From an uncultured Chloroflexia bacterium (lineage in GTDB: Bacteria; Chloroflexota; Anaerolineae; Anaerolineales; Anaerolineaceae), in contig CAVPSU010000001.1 of assembly GCA_963708715.1 (NCBI GenBank), positions 736,000-799,999 of the forward strand: DNA of 64,000 nucleotides. Reading direction: 5' to 3'. Every line of letters starts with the position of its first letter. Within the stretch, counting starts at the first letter, position 1. Made by a program: the position numbers and the translations under genes. Positions 17,831 to 27,259 of this stretch are shown here, piece after piece. Under the pieces are notes generated by a model. It was not told the DNA's origin. It made no database searches and saw nothing but the letters and a program-made list of their open reading frames with translations.

Positions 17831-19748
17831 ATGAGATATCATTCTCTGTTATTTTTCTCCTTCGCAACATTAATTCTTACCGGATGCGGCTTTTCCCTGG
17901 CAGGGGATGTAACTCCTCCACCCGGATATACACCACCCGTTTCTGTCGCTGTGAAAGCTACATCTTCGGTCTTTCCACTTATTCCTGCTAATCCAGAACA
18001 AGGGAAGAACTATTTATCTGCAAGAATGTGCGGGGTGCCATGGAGTGACCGGTCGGGGGGACGGCGACCAATCGGGTAATTTGCCAAAGCCGCCACAAAT
18101 CTTGACCGACCCAAAGGTGATTGCGAATACCTCACCGGCACAATTGTTTTCTATAGTCACCGACGGGATACCTGAAAACAATATGCCCGCATTTAGTGCT
18201 GTGCTTGATGATCGGGCAAGATGGGATGTGACATCCTATTTATTTCTGATGGGTTCAGATGAGACTGACCTCTCTGCCGGAAAAGTGATATTTGATTCTA
18301 TCTGTGCCGGGTGTCACGGTCTGCTTGGAAAAGGCGATGGTGAGACTGCGCGCGGATTACCGCTCCAACCCCCAGATTTTACGAATCAAAGCATTCTTTC
18401 ACCCAGAACAAACCAGGAATTATTCCAGATCGTAACCAGCGGATCCGCGAATGTAATGCCCTCCTTCGAGAAGTCGTTGACCTCAGATGAGCGTCAGAAC
18501 GTCGTTCAATATGTCCGAACATTATCGTTCCTCAAGGTGGTGGTCCCATCATTACCTCTCCCTCAACCGATAGAAAACCCTCCGGTTGATGACCAGGGAG
18601 GTACGCCTCAAGCTGAAAACGGAGTAACTCAAAGTGATATTTCTGTTACTCCTGAACAGGTATATATTTCCGGCAAGGTGATTAATGATTCCGGCGCGAA
18701 TCTCCCGGAGAATTTGGAAATCACTCTTCATATTTTCGATCAAATGGCCGAAACATCCACAGCGAAAACAAAAATCATGACTGGCGGTAGTTTCGACTTT
18801 GGCCAGGTTGAGATGAAAGCCGGCAGGATATTTATTGCATCCGTCATGTATGATGGACGTGAGTTCAATTCACAGCCATCATTCCATCCGGGATTGGTCC
18901 AAGATGGGGAAGATTTTGTTCAACCTGAGAACGTTACCCTGGATGTGCATATATCCGACTCGACCACGGACATTTCAGCACTAAGCGCGGACCGTATGCA
19001 CCTATTCATTGATTTCCCCCAGCCCGGGATGATGCAGGTCGTTACATTATTTCTGATCTCAAATAACGGTAATGAAGTTGTTGTACCCTCAAAAGATGGT
19101 TCTGAAAGTTTGCAATTTCTACTCCCTGAGGGTGCTACCAATCTCCAATTCGATGACAGCACTCTGGGCGAACGATACATGCCGATTGACAATGGGTTTT
19201 TTGATACGGTTGCGATCCCACCCGGAAAAAGCTCACACCAGGTATTATTTGCTTATGATCTGCCCTACGAGAAGAAAGCAACCATCAACGTTCCAATTGC
19301 CCTCAAGACCAGCTCTGTAAGTGTAATGATCCCGTTTGGAGGGGTCACATTGAAGAGTGGACAATTGGTGGATGGCGGGGTGCGGAGTAGCCAACAAATG
19401 TCTTTCCAGGTTTACAATGGTTCTGATTTTGGCGCGGAAGACAATTTAGTTCTGAACCTCTCGGGATCACCACAGGCAGGAGCCAGTCCACAAAAAATAA
19501 GCATTAATCCCGTCCTGTTTGGATCAGGTGTATTGATCCTGGTTATCACGGGTATACTATATTATTACTTCTGGCGTAAAGATAAACCAGCTCAGCAAAT
19601 ATTCACCCCTGGAGAACTCCCAACAAAAGAAGCGATCATGGACGCAATTCTATCTCTGGATGAACAGTATAAATCCGGGAATCTGAACGACACAGTGTAT
19701 CAACTCCGTCGATCAGAGCTAAAAGAACAATTACGGAAACTGATGTGA
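17831..19748 (+). pseudogene. dihaem c-type cytochrome lipoprotein with large extracytoplasmic domain and C-terminal TM; apparent 1-nt frameshift near 18005-18012
   Basis: Frame 1 (17831-18079) gives the lipoprotein signal MRYHSLLFFSFATLILTGC...ANPEQGK. The other frame reads ...GRTIYLQECAGCHGVTGRGDGDQSG upstream of the GTG at 18045. A second CAGCHG motif lies downstream. Confidence 0.7.
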
Positions 19749-20446
19749 TTCAAGTCGATCATCTAGTGAAACGGTTCGGGGCGAAAACCGTCCTTTCAAA
19801 TCTGGATTTTCAGGTGGAGGAAGGCGAATTTGTCGCTCTCATGGGTCCAAACGGTGCAGGGAAGACTACTTTTCTTAGAATCCTCTCTTCCTTGATGAAA
19901 CCAACGTACGGAACGGTCATTGTGGCTGGATATCATCTGCCTGCACAATCTGCTGCCGTTCGCAGCCGGATGGGAATTGTTTCCCATTTACCTCTCCTGT
20001 ATGGCGACCTGACAGCGGAAGAAAACCTGCGGTTTTTTGGCATGATGTATTCAGTGCTTGATCTCAAGACGAGGATCAGTTCTGTTCTGGACTTGATCGG
20101 ATTAGCCAACCGAAAAGCTGACCTTGTTCGTACTTTCTCGCGAGGCATGCAGCAACGGTTGGCCATTGGTAGAGCAATCCTCCATGATCCGGCTGTCCTT
20201 CTTCTGGATGAGCCACATACCGGTTTAGATCAAGATGCCTGTGAAATGCTGGATCGCCTGCTCCGTGAAGTGGCTGCCACCGGACGAACGGTCGTTATGA
20301 CCAGCCATGACCTTGCCAGGGTCCAGGATCTGGCACGCCGGTTCGATGTCTTATCTCGCGGAAAGATCGTAGCCTCCATCTCAGCCGAACAGCTACCTGC
20401 GGATGGCTTATTAGCCTATTATCGCCAGGCATTGGAGGGAAAATGA
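19745..20446 (+). CDS. ccmA: haem exporter ATP-binding protein CcmA
   Basis: Walker A GPNGAGKTT, signature FSRGMQQRL, Walker B LLLDEP. Overlaps the ccmB start. Confidence 0.75.
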   Translation: MIQVDHLVKRFGAKTVLSNLDFQVEEGEFVALMGPNGAGKTTFLRILSSLMKPTYGTVIVAGYHLPAQSAAVRSRMGIVSHLPLLYGDLTAEENLRFFGMMYSVLDLKTRISSVLDLIGLANRKADLVRTFSRGMQQRLAIGRAILHDPAVLLLDEPHTGLDQDACEMLDRLLREVAATGRTVVMTSHDLARVQDLARRFDVLSRGKIVASISAEQLPADGLLAYYRQALEGK

Positions 20447-21138
20447 CCACGGTGGTACCATCCAAACCCTCTTTCTTTCAAGCCATGGGAGCGGTAGTCT
20501 GGAAAGATCTGACCGCGGAAATCCGCAGCCGTGAGATCTTTTCTGCTATGCTGGTCTTCGCATTACTCGTCGTGTTGATCTTCAATTTCGCGCTGGAACT
20601 GGAAGCAGGTACTCGAGCGACGGTTGCAGCCGGCGTCCTTTGGGTTACTTTTACCTTCGCCGGTACTATTGGATTGAACCGCTCGATGGCTTCAGAGAAA
20701 GACCGCGGCTGTCTGGATGGTTTGCTCCTGGCGCCAGTCGATCGCAGCGCGATCTATTTTGGGAAGATGGTGGGCAACCTGATTTTCATGCTCATTGTGG
20801 AAGCAGTCGTGATCCCGGTATTCAGCCTGCTCTACAATATAAATTTGATCAACCCGGGATTGATTGCCGTGACCTTGCTTGGATCGATTGGATATATTGC
20901 TGTTGGGACATTACTATCTGCCATGGCAGTCGAGGCTCGTACCCGGGATATCTTATTACCGATCCTGCTTTTTCCGGTCGTTATACCCGTTGTGGTTGCT
21001 GCGGTAAAAGCCAGCACAGGATTTATTCAGAGAATTCCGCTGGATGAAATTACACCCTGGCTTAATCTGCTCGTGGTATATGATATTATTTTTCTGACTG
21101 TAGCCTGGATGATTTTTGACAAGGTTGTTGAAGAATGA
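20443..21138 (+). CDS. ccmB: haem exporter membrane protein CcmB
   Basis: 231-aa, 6-TM protein between ccmA and ccmC, with 4-nt overlaps on both sides. Confidence 0.75.
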   Translation: MTTVVPSKPSFFQAMGAVVWKDLTAEIRSREIFSAMLVFALLVVLIFNFALELEAGTRATVAAGVLWVTFTFAGTIGLNRSMASEKDRGCLDGLLLAPVDRSAIYFGKMVGNLIFMLIVEAVVIPVFSLLYNINLINPGLIAVTLLGSIGYIAVGTLLSAMAVEARTRDILLPILLFPVVIPVVVAAVKASTGFIQRIPLDEITPWLNLLVVYDIIFLTVAWMIFDKVVEE

Positions 21139-21854
21139 TCTCGAAAGGAAAGCCTATGCGCAATTCAATTGATCGATTGAAAATACTGGATATCATCGCT
21201 CTTATTCTTTTGCTGCTTGTAACATTGATGGTCTTTTTCTATGCCCCGATCGAACGAGTTATGGGTTTGGTGCAAAAGATCTTCTATTTCCATGTGGCTA
21301 CTGCCTGGGTAGGAATGCTCTCTTTCATTGTTGCCGCTGTCGCCGGTGGAATATACCTTAAGCAGGGCACCAAGAAATGGGACCACCTGAGCTATGCATC
21401 TGTTGAGATAGGGATTGTATTCGCTCTCGTCGCGATTGCCACGGGTTCCATCTGGGCTCGCCCGATATGGAATACCTGGTGGACCTGGGATCCCCGTCTG
21501 ACTACAGCTGCTATTATGGCGTTAGTATATGTCGCCTACCTCATGTTACGGCAGGGGATTGATGACCCAGAAAAACGAGCTCGGTTTGGCGCTGTCTACG
21601 CTATTATTGGTGCACTGAGCGTCCCGCTGACATTCCTTTCAATCCGGATATTTCGAACCATCCACCCGGTTGTGATCGGTGTTCCCGGTAACACCTCTGC
21701 TGCGTTTGAGATGGCTCCCCGTATGCTACAGACCTTTTTATTCGGATTGTTGGTCTGGTCAATTATCTTTATCGACTTGTTGTGGCACCGGATGCGGCTC
21801 GCCAACCTGGCCGATGAAGTGGAACATGCAAGATTGAGCAACCAGGATATCTAG
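21135..21854 (+). CDS. ccmC: haem exporter/haem-handling protein CcmC
   Basis: WWD motif IWNTWWTWDPRL; polytopic, 239 aa. Confidence 0.8.
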   Translation: MISKGKPMRNSIDRLKILDIIALILLLLVTLMVFFYAPIERVMGLVQKIFYFHVATAWVGMLSFIVAAVAGGIYLKQGTKKWDHLSYASVEIGIVFALVAIATGSIWARPIWNTWWTWDPRLTTAAIMALVYVAYLMLRQGIDDPEKRARFGAVYAIIGALSVPLTFLSIRIFRTIHPVVIGVPGNTSAAFEMAPRMLQTFLFGLLVWSIIFIDLLWHRMRLANLADEVEHARLSNQDI

Positions 21855-21866
21855 GAGGAGAAAATT

Positions 21867-22007
21867 ATGGACCAACCTGCCCAGACTGCCACTTATATGA
21901 TTGCCGGTTATGTGATCATCTTCGGTGCTCTGATCGGTTACATCATTAGCCTGATCACCCGTTGGAAAAAGCTCACCGAAGAAAAAAAATATCTCGAACA
22001 AAAGTGA
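21867..22007 (+). CDS. ccmD: CcmD-like small membrane protein (46 aa, below the ORF-track cutoff)
   Basis: AGGAGG RBS at 21853. Sequence is MDQPAQTATYMIAGYVIIFGALIGYIISLITRWKKLTEEKKYLEQK: a single TM helix plus a basic tail, directly after ccmC. Confidence 0.55.
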   Translation: MDQPAQTATYMIAGYVIIFGALIGYIISLITRWKKLTEEKKYLEQK

Positions 22008-22031
22008 AACAGAGTACTCTGGTAAAAATAA

Positions 22032-22067
22032 ATCAAAATGCCCGGTCCATTCGCCGGGCATTTTGAT
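22032..22067 (+). terminator. intrinsic terminator ending the ccm cluster
   Basis: ATCAAAATGCCCGG-8 nt-CCGGGCATTTTGAT. Confidence 0.65.
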
Positions 22068-22143
22068 TATTAATACCAGAGCAAACAATGATCCTGTTAT
22101 TCCAGATTATTTTGGCTTTTATCCCTAAGCAAACCTATTTATA

Positions 22144-22665
22144 ATGAACCATATGTCGAACACAGGTAATTTATCTCAGCCAGTCCTGCGAAACAAAATT
22201 TCTCCACCCAGATTAAGACCCAACCGTATCCATCGAAATCAATTGGTGCAACGGGTGGAGGAGAGCATTTGGAGTAAACTCACCCTATTTTGCGCACCCG
22301 CCGGGTATGGAAAAACATCTTTGATTAATGAATGGGCTTAAAGCTCCCATTATCCAATCGCCTGGATTCAAATAGATAATGAGGATAATGTCCTACACAA
22401 TTTTGTTCAGGTGTTTGTCGAATCTATAGGGTCACGATTTCCTGATTTCGCATCTTCCCTTTCCTATGTATTCCAACATTCGTTATTGCCAGTACCTGAT
22501 CAACTGGCTCATTCGATCCTAAACGAACTTGAAAAATTATCGAAATCGTTGGTGATTGTGATAGATGATTATCATCTCATTCATCAAATGGAAGTCCAAA
22601 CCTTGATGCGAGTATTGGTTGGTCACCTGCCTGACAACATTCATCTATTGCTGGCTACCCGCGGC
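22144..22665 (+). pseudogene. N-terminal remnant of a LAL/MalT-type large ATP-binding regulator
   Basis: PPRLRPNRIHRNQL...LFCAPAGYGKTSLINEWA, then an in-frame TAA at 22339, then ...IAWIQIDNEDN...LVIVIDDYHLI...LLLATR in the same frame. Truncated at about 22665. Confidence 0.65.
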
Positions 22666-23290
22666 AATGACGGTGGATGAATTAATGCGATTTTTCTGTG
22701 CCTATCATAATGTTCAACCGCAATTCGAATTGCTTGAGCGGATGAATTTGGGAGAAAAGAGAAAAGCCGAGTATGGATCGCTCTCTATCGGTCAGCAGCG
22801 CAGGTTGGCTTTTGCGCTGGCGATATCTTAAACCGGAGATCCTTTTTCTGGATGAACCAACTGCTGTTTTAGATGTCGCTTCCCGGGTGGAACTGCACGC
22901 CATAATGCACGAATTGAAGGCAGACGGTACAACGATCATTCTGGCAACACATGATATGGCAGAAGCTGAGAAGATGGCTGATCGGGTAGCGATCTTATTG
23001 AAAGGTAAGCTGGCGGCTATTGGTACTCCCCAACAATTGACTGCTCAGGGAAACAGACACGCATCTCAGTCCATACTGAATTGAGTTGCCTATCTAAAAA
23101 TAGAGCTTCTTTTCGGGGGATTAGGAATCATCGTATCCAGGATGACTACTACATTTACTTCACAACTCAAACAGGATCGGCTGTTTCTGCCATTATTCGT
23201 TATATCGAAGAAAAAGGGGATACGTTGATCGACCTTCAGGTTGAACCCCCAACTCTCGAAGAACGATTTTTGGAAATTACAAATCTATAA
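22666..23290 (+). pseudogene. 5'-truncated, twice-frameshifted ABC transporter ATPase
   Basis: Starts mid-protein with no Walker A (TVDELMRFF..LSIGQQRRLAFALAI). Frame changes to KPEILFLDEPTAVLD...ILATHDM, then changes again to the C-terminal ...LQVEPPTLEERFLEIT. Confidence 0.7.
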
Positions 23291-23310
23291 ACTGAATTAA
23301 AGAGGATACG

Positions 23311-24113
23311 ATGAAAGCTTTTTACACTCACCTTCTGTATTAATTTCGTGCTACGCTGCGGATAAAACGCAACTTTTAATGAACTACCTGTTTCCGCTGT
23401 TTTTCTTTGTAATGATGGGATTGCTGATGGCAAAAGTAAACCCGACGTTCAAGGAAACGATGATCCCTGCAATGATCTTGGTCGCGGTGATGTCATCCCC
23501 TTTGCTGGGCATGCCCGGTCCAATGTTAAGCTCAAGGGAAGCCGGGATATTTCGAAGCTACAAGATCAATGGAGTCCCATCTTTCTCCATATTACTTATC
23601 CCGATCCTGAACGTACTGCTCCACATAGTGTTGGTTTCGGTCATCATCATATTTTGCGGTTATCTATTCTTTGATGGAGTTCTTCCCGCCAACTGGTTCC
23701 TATTTGCAGTAGTATGGTCCATCTCCTTTGTTGCCTCTTCAAGGCTTGGAATGTTAATCGGCGTGGTTGCTCCTAATTCACGCGCCACAATCCTGATCGC
23801 GCAACTAATATTTGTCCCTTCCATGATCCTTGGTGGTCTGATGATGTCCATATCCATGCTACCAAAATCCTTGAGTCTGATAGCCAATCTGTTGCCTACC
23901 GGACATGCGATGAGTGCATTCGCCAGCCTGTCATCGGCTGAATTACCTCAGTTCAATGACTATCTCAATCTCGGGTTATTGCTTGCGACAGGCATCCTGG
24001 CATTGGGACTCTCCTCCTACCTCTTCCATTGGGACAATTCAATCAAACGCAGACGTCCTGCCCTGTTGGGATTAGTTGTCCTCATCCCTTTTGTAATCAG
24101 TATGGCACTTTGA
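23311..24113 (+). pseudogene. ABC-2 type permease with nonsense codon and frameshift near its 5' end
   Basis: MKAFYTHLLY, then TAA, then FRATLRIK in one frame. The frame then shifts to QLLMNYLFPLFFF..., a 6-TM body of 244 aa. Confidence 0.65.
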
Positions 24114-24116
24114 CCG

Positions 24117-24153
24117 GTAGAGGAGGAGGTTCAAACCTCCTCCTCTACTTTTT
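24117..24153 (+). terminator. intrinsic terminator
   Basis: GTAGAGGAGGAGG-TTCAAA-CCTCCTCCTCTAC plus T5. Confidence 0.65.
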
Positions 24154-24164
24154 GGGGATGATCT

Positions 24165-24392
24165 ATGACAAGCTACAACTACCATATTTCACTTATTATT
24201 CCGCAACTGGTAGATCAAAAAATCATCTCCTGGTTGGGAGATCTGGCCGTAACGTATATTGATATTCAAACCTGCTTAGATGGCTCGGTATCTGACCAAA
24301 GTGAATTATTTGGGTTGATTAATCGTGTTCGAGACTTAGGTCTTCGGGTTGAGACTCTTCATCTTCAGCGGATATCACTCCCAGATAAATAG
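24165..24392 (+). CDS. small conserved hypothetical protein (DQSELFGLINRVRDLGL motif)
   Basis: 75-aa ORF. I recall the C-terminal motif DQ(A/S)xLxGLLxxhxDLGLxh from uncharacterised small proteins of Actinobacteria and Chloroflexi; this is recollection only. Confidence 0.45.
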   Translation: MTSYNYHISLIIPQLVDQKIISWLGDLAVTYIDIQTCLDGSVSDQSELFGLINRVRDLGLRVETLHLQRISLPDK

Positions 24393-24480
24393 ATTTCATA
24401 TACTATGTTCACAATTGACTACTTCTCTTTCGTCATTTTTTGATTACAATTGAATTATTATGTAAAGAGGAGTGGCGCCA

Positions 24481-24966
24481 GTGAAATATATTGGAAAATT
24501 ACTATTTTTGACGGCTTTATATATGGGGGTCATTTTCATCAATGTCTCATGTACCCCGCAGGTTGCTCTTGTACCAACTACTGCCTCATCGTCCACTCCA
24601 ACGTCGTTACTAAGTCAGCCCGTCCAAGTCGAACCAACAGCTGCACCCACGCCGACTCCCAAACCGACCCCCGATCAAACGGTGGAAAGTCAAGCGATGC
24701 CTACGGAAGTTGTAGTGGAAGAAGTGCTGATCTCTCCATTGGGAAAAGCCAACTGTAGATCCCTGCCATTTGGAACCTCGAGAATTGTAGGTTACCTACG
24801 GACAGGACAGATCGTGAAAGCGAACGGAATGGATGTAGGTGGTGAGTGGATATCCATCCAAAATCCCGATAAAAAAGATGGATCCAGTTGTTGGGTATCA
24901 AAAACAACGGTGAAGGTCTCTGGAGATCTAACTAAGTTACCGTTTATATCTGCGGTACAGAAGTAA
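24481..24966 (+). CDS. secreted SH3b-domain protein
   Basis: Signal peptide, Thr/Pro linker and an SH3-like segment (GKANCRSLPFGTSRIVGYLRTGQIVKANG...WISI). GTG at 24481 is better spaced from AAGAGGAG than the GTG at 24472. Confidence 0.6.
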   Translation: MKYIGKLLFLTALYMGVIFINVSCTPQVALVPTTASSSTPTSLLSQPVQVEPTAAPTPTPKPTPDQTVESQAMPTEVVVEEVLISPLGKANCRSLPFGTSRIVGYLRTGQIVKANGMDVGGEWISIQNPDKKDGSSCWVSKTTVKVSGDLTKLPFISAVQK

Positions 24967-25340
24967 ATTGGCATATCAATTACCTGAATTCAGACAAAAG
25001 AAAAGACCTCTAGAGCAGCTGCATTGAAGTCATAGGGCTCTAGAGGTCATCTCTTTCCAGCATAAGGGGAGCTGGAAAAACCGAGGTAGGAGAGTTTTCA
25101 AACAATAAACCAAACCAGTATCACGTTCTTCAAAGAAGAAGTATAAACGTCCCCCAGTCGAAACGTTAGTGACAAATTTCCCCAACCTGTCATTACAGGA
25201 TGTGATGATTATCTCTACATTCGTAAAGCAGTAAATCAAATACCAAAATGCTTGACTTAAATTGAGCACAATACAAGCACTTGCCCTCACAGAAAACCCA
25301 TATATAATGGACATATCAACCTATCCTGAAGGAGGGAACA

Positions 25341-25487
25341 ATGGCTGAAATAGCATACTGTGTTAAATGCAAACAGAAACGTGAAATGGTCGACACCGAA
25401 AGAGTAACCATGAAGAATGGTCGTCCAGCTCTAAAAGGGAAATGCAAAGTTTGCGGCACCGGAATGTACAAGATTTTAAAAGCCTGA
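25341..25487 (+). CDS. 48-aa zinc-ribbon protein (DUF5679-like), below the ORF-track cutoff
   Basis: GGAGGG RBS. Sequence is MAEIAYCVKCKQKREMVDTERVTMKNGRPALKGKCKVCGTGMYKILKA, with two CxxC pairs. Confidence 0.6.
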   Translation: MAEIAYCVKCKQKREMVDTERVTMKNGRPALKGKCKVCGTGMYKILKA

Positions 25488-25502
25488 TCCGGATTTTGTC
25501 AT

Positions 25503-25542
25503 AAAAAAAATACACGCCCAGAAATCGGGCGTGTATTTTTTA
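25503..25542. terminator. bidirectional terminator
   Basis: A-run, ATACACGCCC-7 nt-GGGCGTGTAT, T-run. Confidence 0.65.
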
Positions 25543-25554
25543 TTAATTTTCCAT

Positions 25555-26454
25555 CTAATCTTCCGGACCTTCCTCTGGTCCGCCAATGGAATAACGTTTC
25601 AATGGGAATAAAGTTTTTACACCTTTACCCATCAACCGTAGAAGAGCGAAAACAGGTTTGAGTATCCAATCCAAAACAGTATTGAAATTTGCCATACCTT
25701 CTGCGATCCATTTCAAGGCAGGCTTCAATTTTCGTAGAGCCGGTGAATGGGAATATAGGAGGCAAAGCAAAATCGTGGCCACCGAGATCCCGAACCGAGC
25801 ATAACTATTGAGCTCAAAATGGAACAGATCGGCAAGCAACAATTCTATCCCGATGTTGAAGACCAACAGGTAGGCAGCAGGTTTGAGGATCGGCTCCCGT
25901 TCAACCGCATAACTGAAAACACCCGCGGCGAAACGCATCAGGAGAATCCCGATAGCCACGCCCAGCATGACCACCCAGAGTTCTTTTGATAGGGTCACTG
26001 CGACGACCACATTATCAAGGCTGAAAACAAGGTCGGTGACCTCGATTGTAAGCACCACATTCCAGAAGTTATTTCCTTCGAGCCTGTGGACATGGGCATC
26101 CTCTTCAGATTCGCCCTCGGCAGGTCTACCCAGATTATCGCATCCCAGTTTGATCAAATATATTGCGCCTACCAATTTGAGCCAGGGATTCTGAATGACG
26201 ATATTCGCCAACAAGAGCATCAATCCCCTACCGAAATAGGCTCCCAACAACCCGACTCGGAGAGCAGCCGTTCGCTGTTGCCCGAGGAACTTATTGAATC
26301 GATAACCAAACCGCCTTAGAGAAGAAGGCCAGGTGACCGGCCGGTCATCCGGCAAGTGAACTACCATAGCCCCAAGAACTGCAGCGTTATCAATTGATAA
26401 AATACCCTCCATAAAAATAAGCTGGAGAATGATCAAGGGGATTGTATAATCCAT
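25555..26454 (-). CDS. TerC-family / DUF475-like integral membrane protein
   Basis: Paired motifs ILSIDNAAVLG and VFSLDNVVVAV in a polytopic 299-aa protein. Confidence 0.65.
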   Translation of the reverse strand: MDYTIPLIILQLIFMEGILSIDNAAVLGAMVVHLPDDRPVTWPSSLRRFGYRFNKFLGQQRTAALRVGLLGAYFGRGLMLLLANIVIQNPWLKLVGAIYLIKLGCDNLGRPAEGESEEDAHVHRLEGNNFWNVVLTIEVTDLVFSLDNVVVAVTLSKELWVVMLGVAIGILLMRFAAGVFSYAVEREPILKPAAYLLVFNIGIELLLADLFHFELNSYARFGISVATILLCLLYSHSPALRKLKPALKWIAEGMANFNTVLDWILKPVFALLRLMGKGVKTLFPLKRYSIGGPEEGPED

Positions 26455-26650
26455 GTAACCTCATAAGAATGGTGCGGGGATGAAAGACAATTGCGCCTTC
26501 AGTATATCTGATAAGAAACACTGCTGAAATGTATCCTTTGTAATGATTGGGCTAATCTAATATCTGTCTTTTTTGTGATGTTAGCTTGACGCTCATACTT
26601 TGATGGGATAGGATTAACCGAATTGGTATATACAGAACGTGATAAATCGG

Positions 26651-27259
26651 ATGGATGATCTAAAACTCGTACAAGATGCTATTCAAGGAGACCTGGACGC
26701 CTTCAACCGGCTGGTCTTGGCGTATCAGGATATAGGGTTCAACCTTGCATATCGGATGTTAGGTGATCCGGTCCTGGCAGAGGATGCTACCCAAGATGCA
26801 TTCTTATCTGCGTATAAACACCTGAATACATTTCGGGGCGGGAGTTTTAAAGCCTGGGTCATGCGGATGGTTACCAATACCTGTTACGATGAACTCCGCC
26901 GACAACAACGTCGTCCAACCACCGCATTGGAACCCGTGAATGATGATGACGATGAAATTGAATTGCCACCGTGGTTGGCAGATGGGAGTCTCTCCCCTGA
27001 AGAGACTATCGAAACGGGCGAGCTGGATCAGGCTATCCAACATTGTCTTGGCGCACTTTCTCCAGAATTTCGTTCTGTGGTAATTTTGGTAGATGTCCAG
27101 GGAATGGATTACGATGAAGTGGCATCTGTAGTAAATACTCCACTAGGTACAATAAAAAGCCGTCTTGCCCGAGCCAGACTTCGAATGAGAGATTGTTTGC
27201 AAGGTTTCGGGGAACTATTGCCCTCGTTTTTGCGTCATGACAGGGAGGGCGTAGTATGA
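26651..27259 (+). CDS. ECF-type RNA polymerase sigma factor
   Basis: Region 2 (DATQDAFLSAYKHLNTFRGGSFKAWVMRMVTNTCYDELRR) and region 4 (GMDYDEVASVVNTPLGTIKSRLARAR). Confidence 0.8.
   Translation: MDDLKLVQDAIQGDLDAFNRLVLAYQDIGFNLAYRMLGDPVLAEDATQDAFLSAYKHLNTFRGGSFKAWVMRMVTNTCYDELRRQQRRPTTALEPVNDDDDEIELPPWLADGSLSPEETIETGELDQAIQHCLGALSPEFRSVVILVDVQGMDYDEVASVVNTPLGTIKSRLARARLRMRDCLQGFGELLPSFLRHDREGVV

Noticed and set aside
25030-25314. 94-aa minus-strand ORF in the gap before the zinc-ribbon gene.
   Set aside because: It has no RBS, it begins inside a terminator-like palindrome region, and its composition is atypical. The region is better explained as a promoter and leader.
26455-26640. yybP-ykoY (Mn) riboswitch upstream of the TerC-family gene.
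   Set aside because: I read the minus strand of the leader and found no GGGGAGTAG-type core or four-way junction pattern. Only cmscan could settle it.
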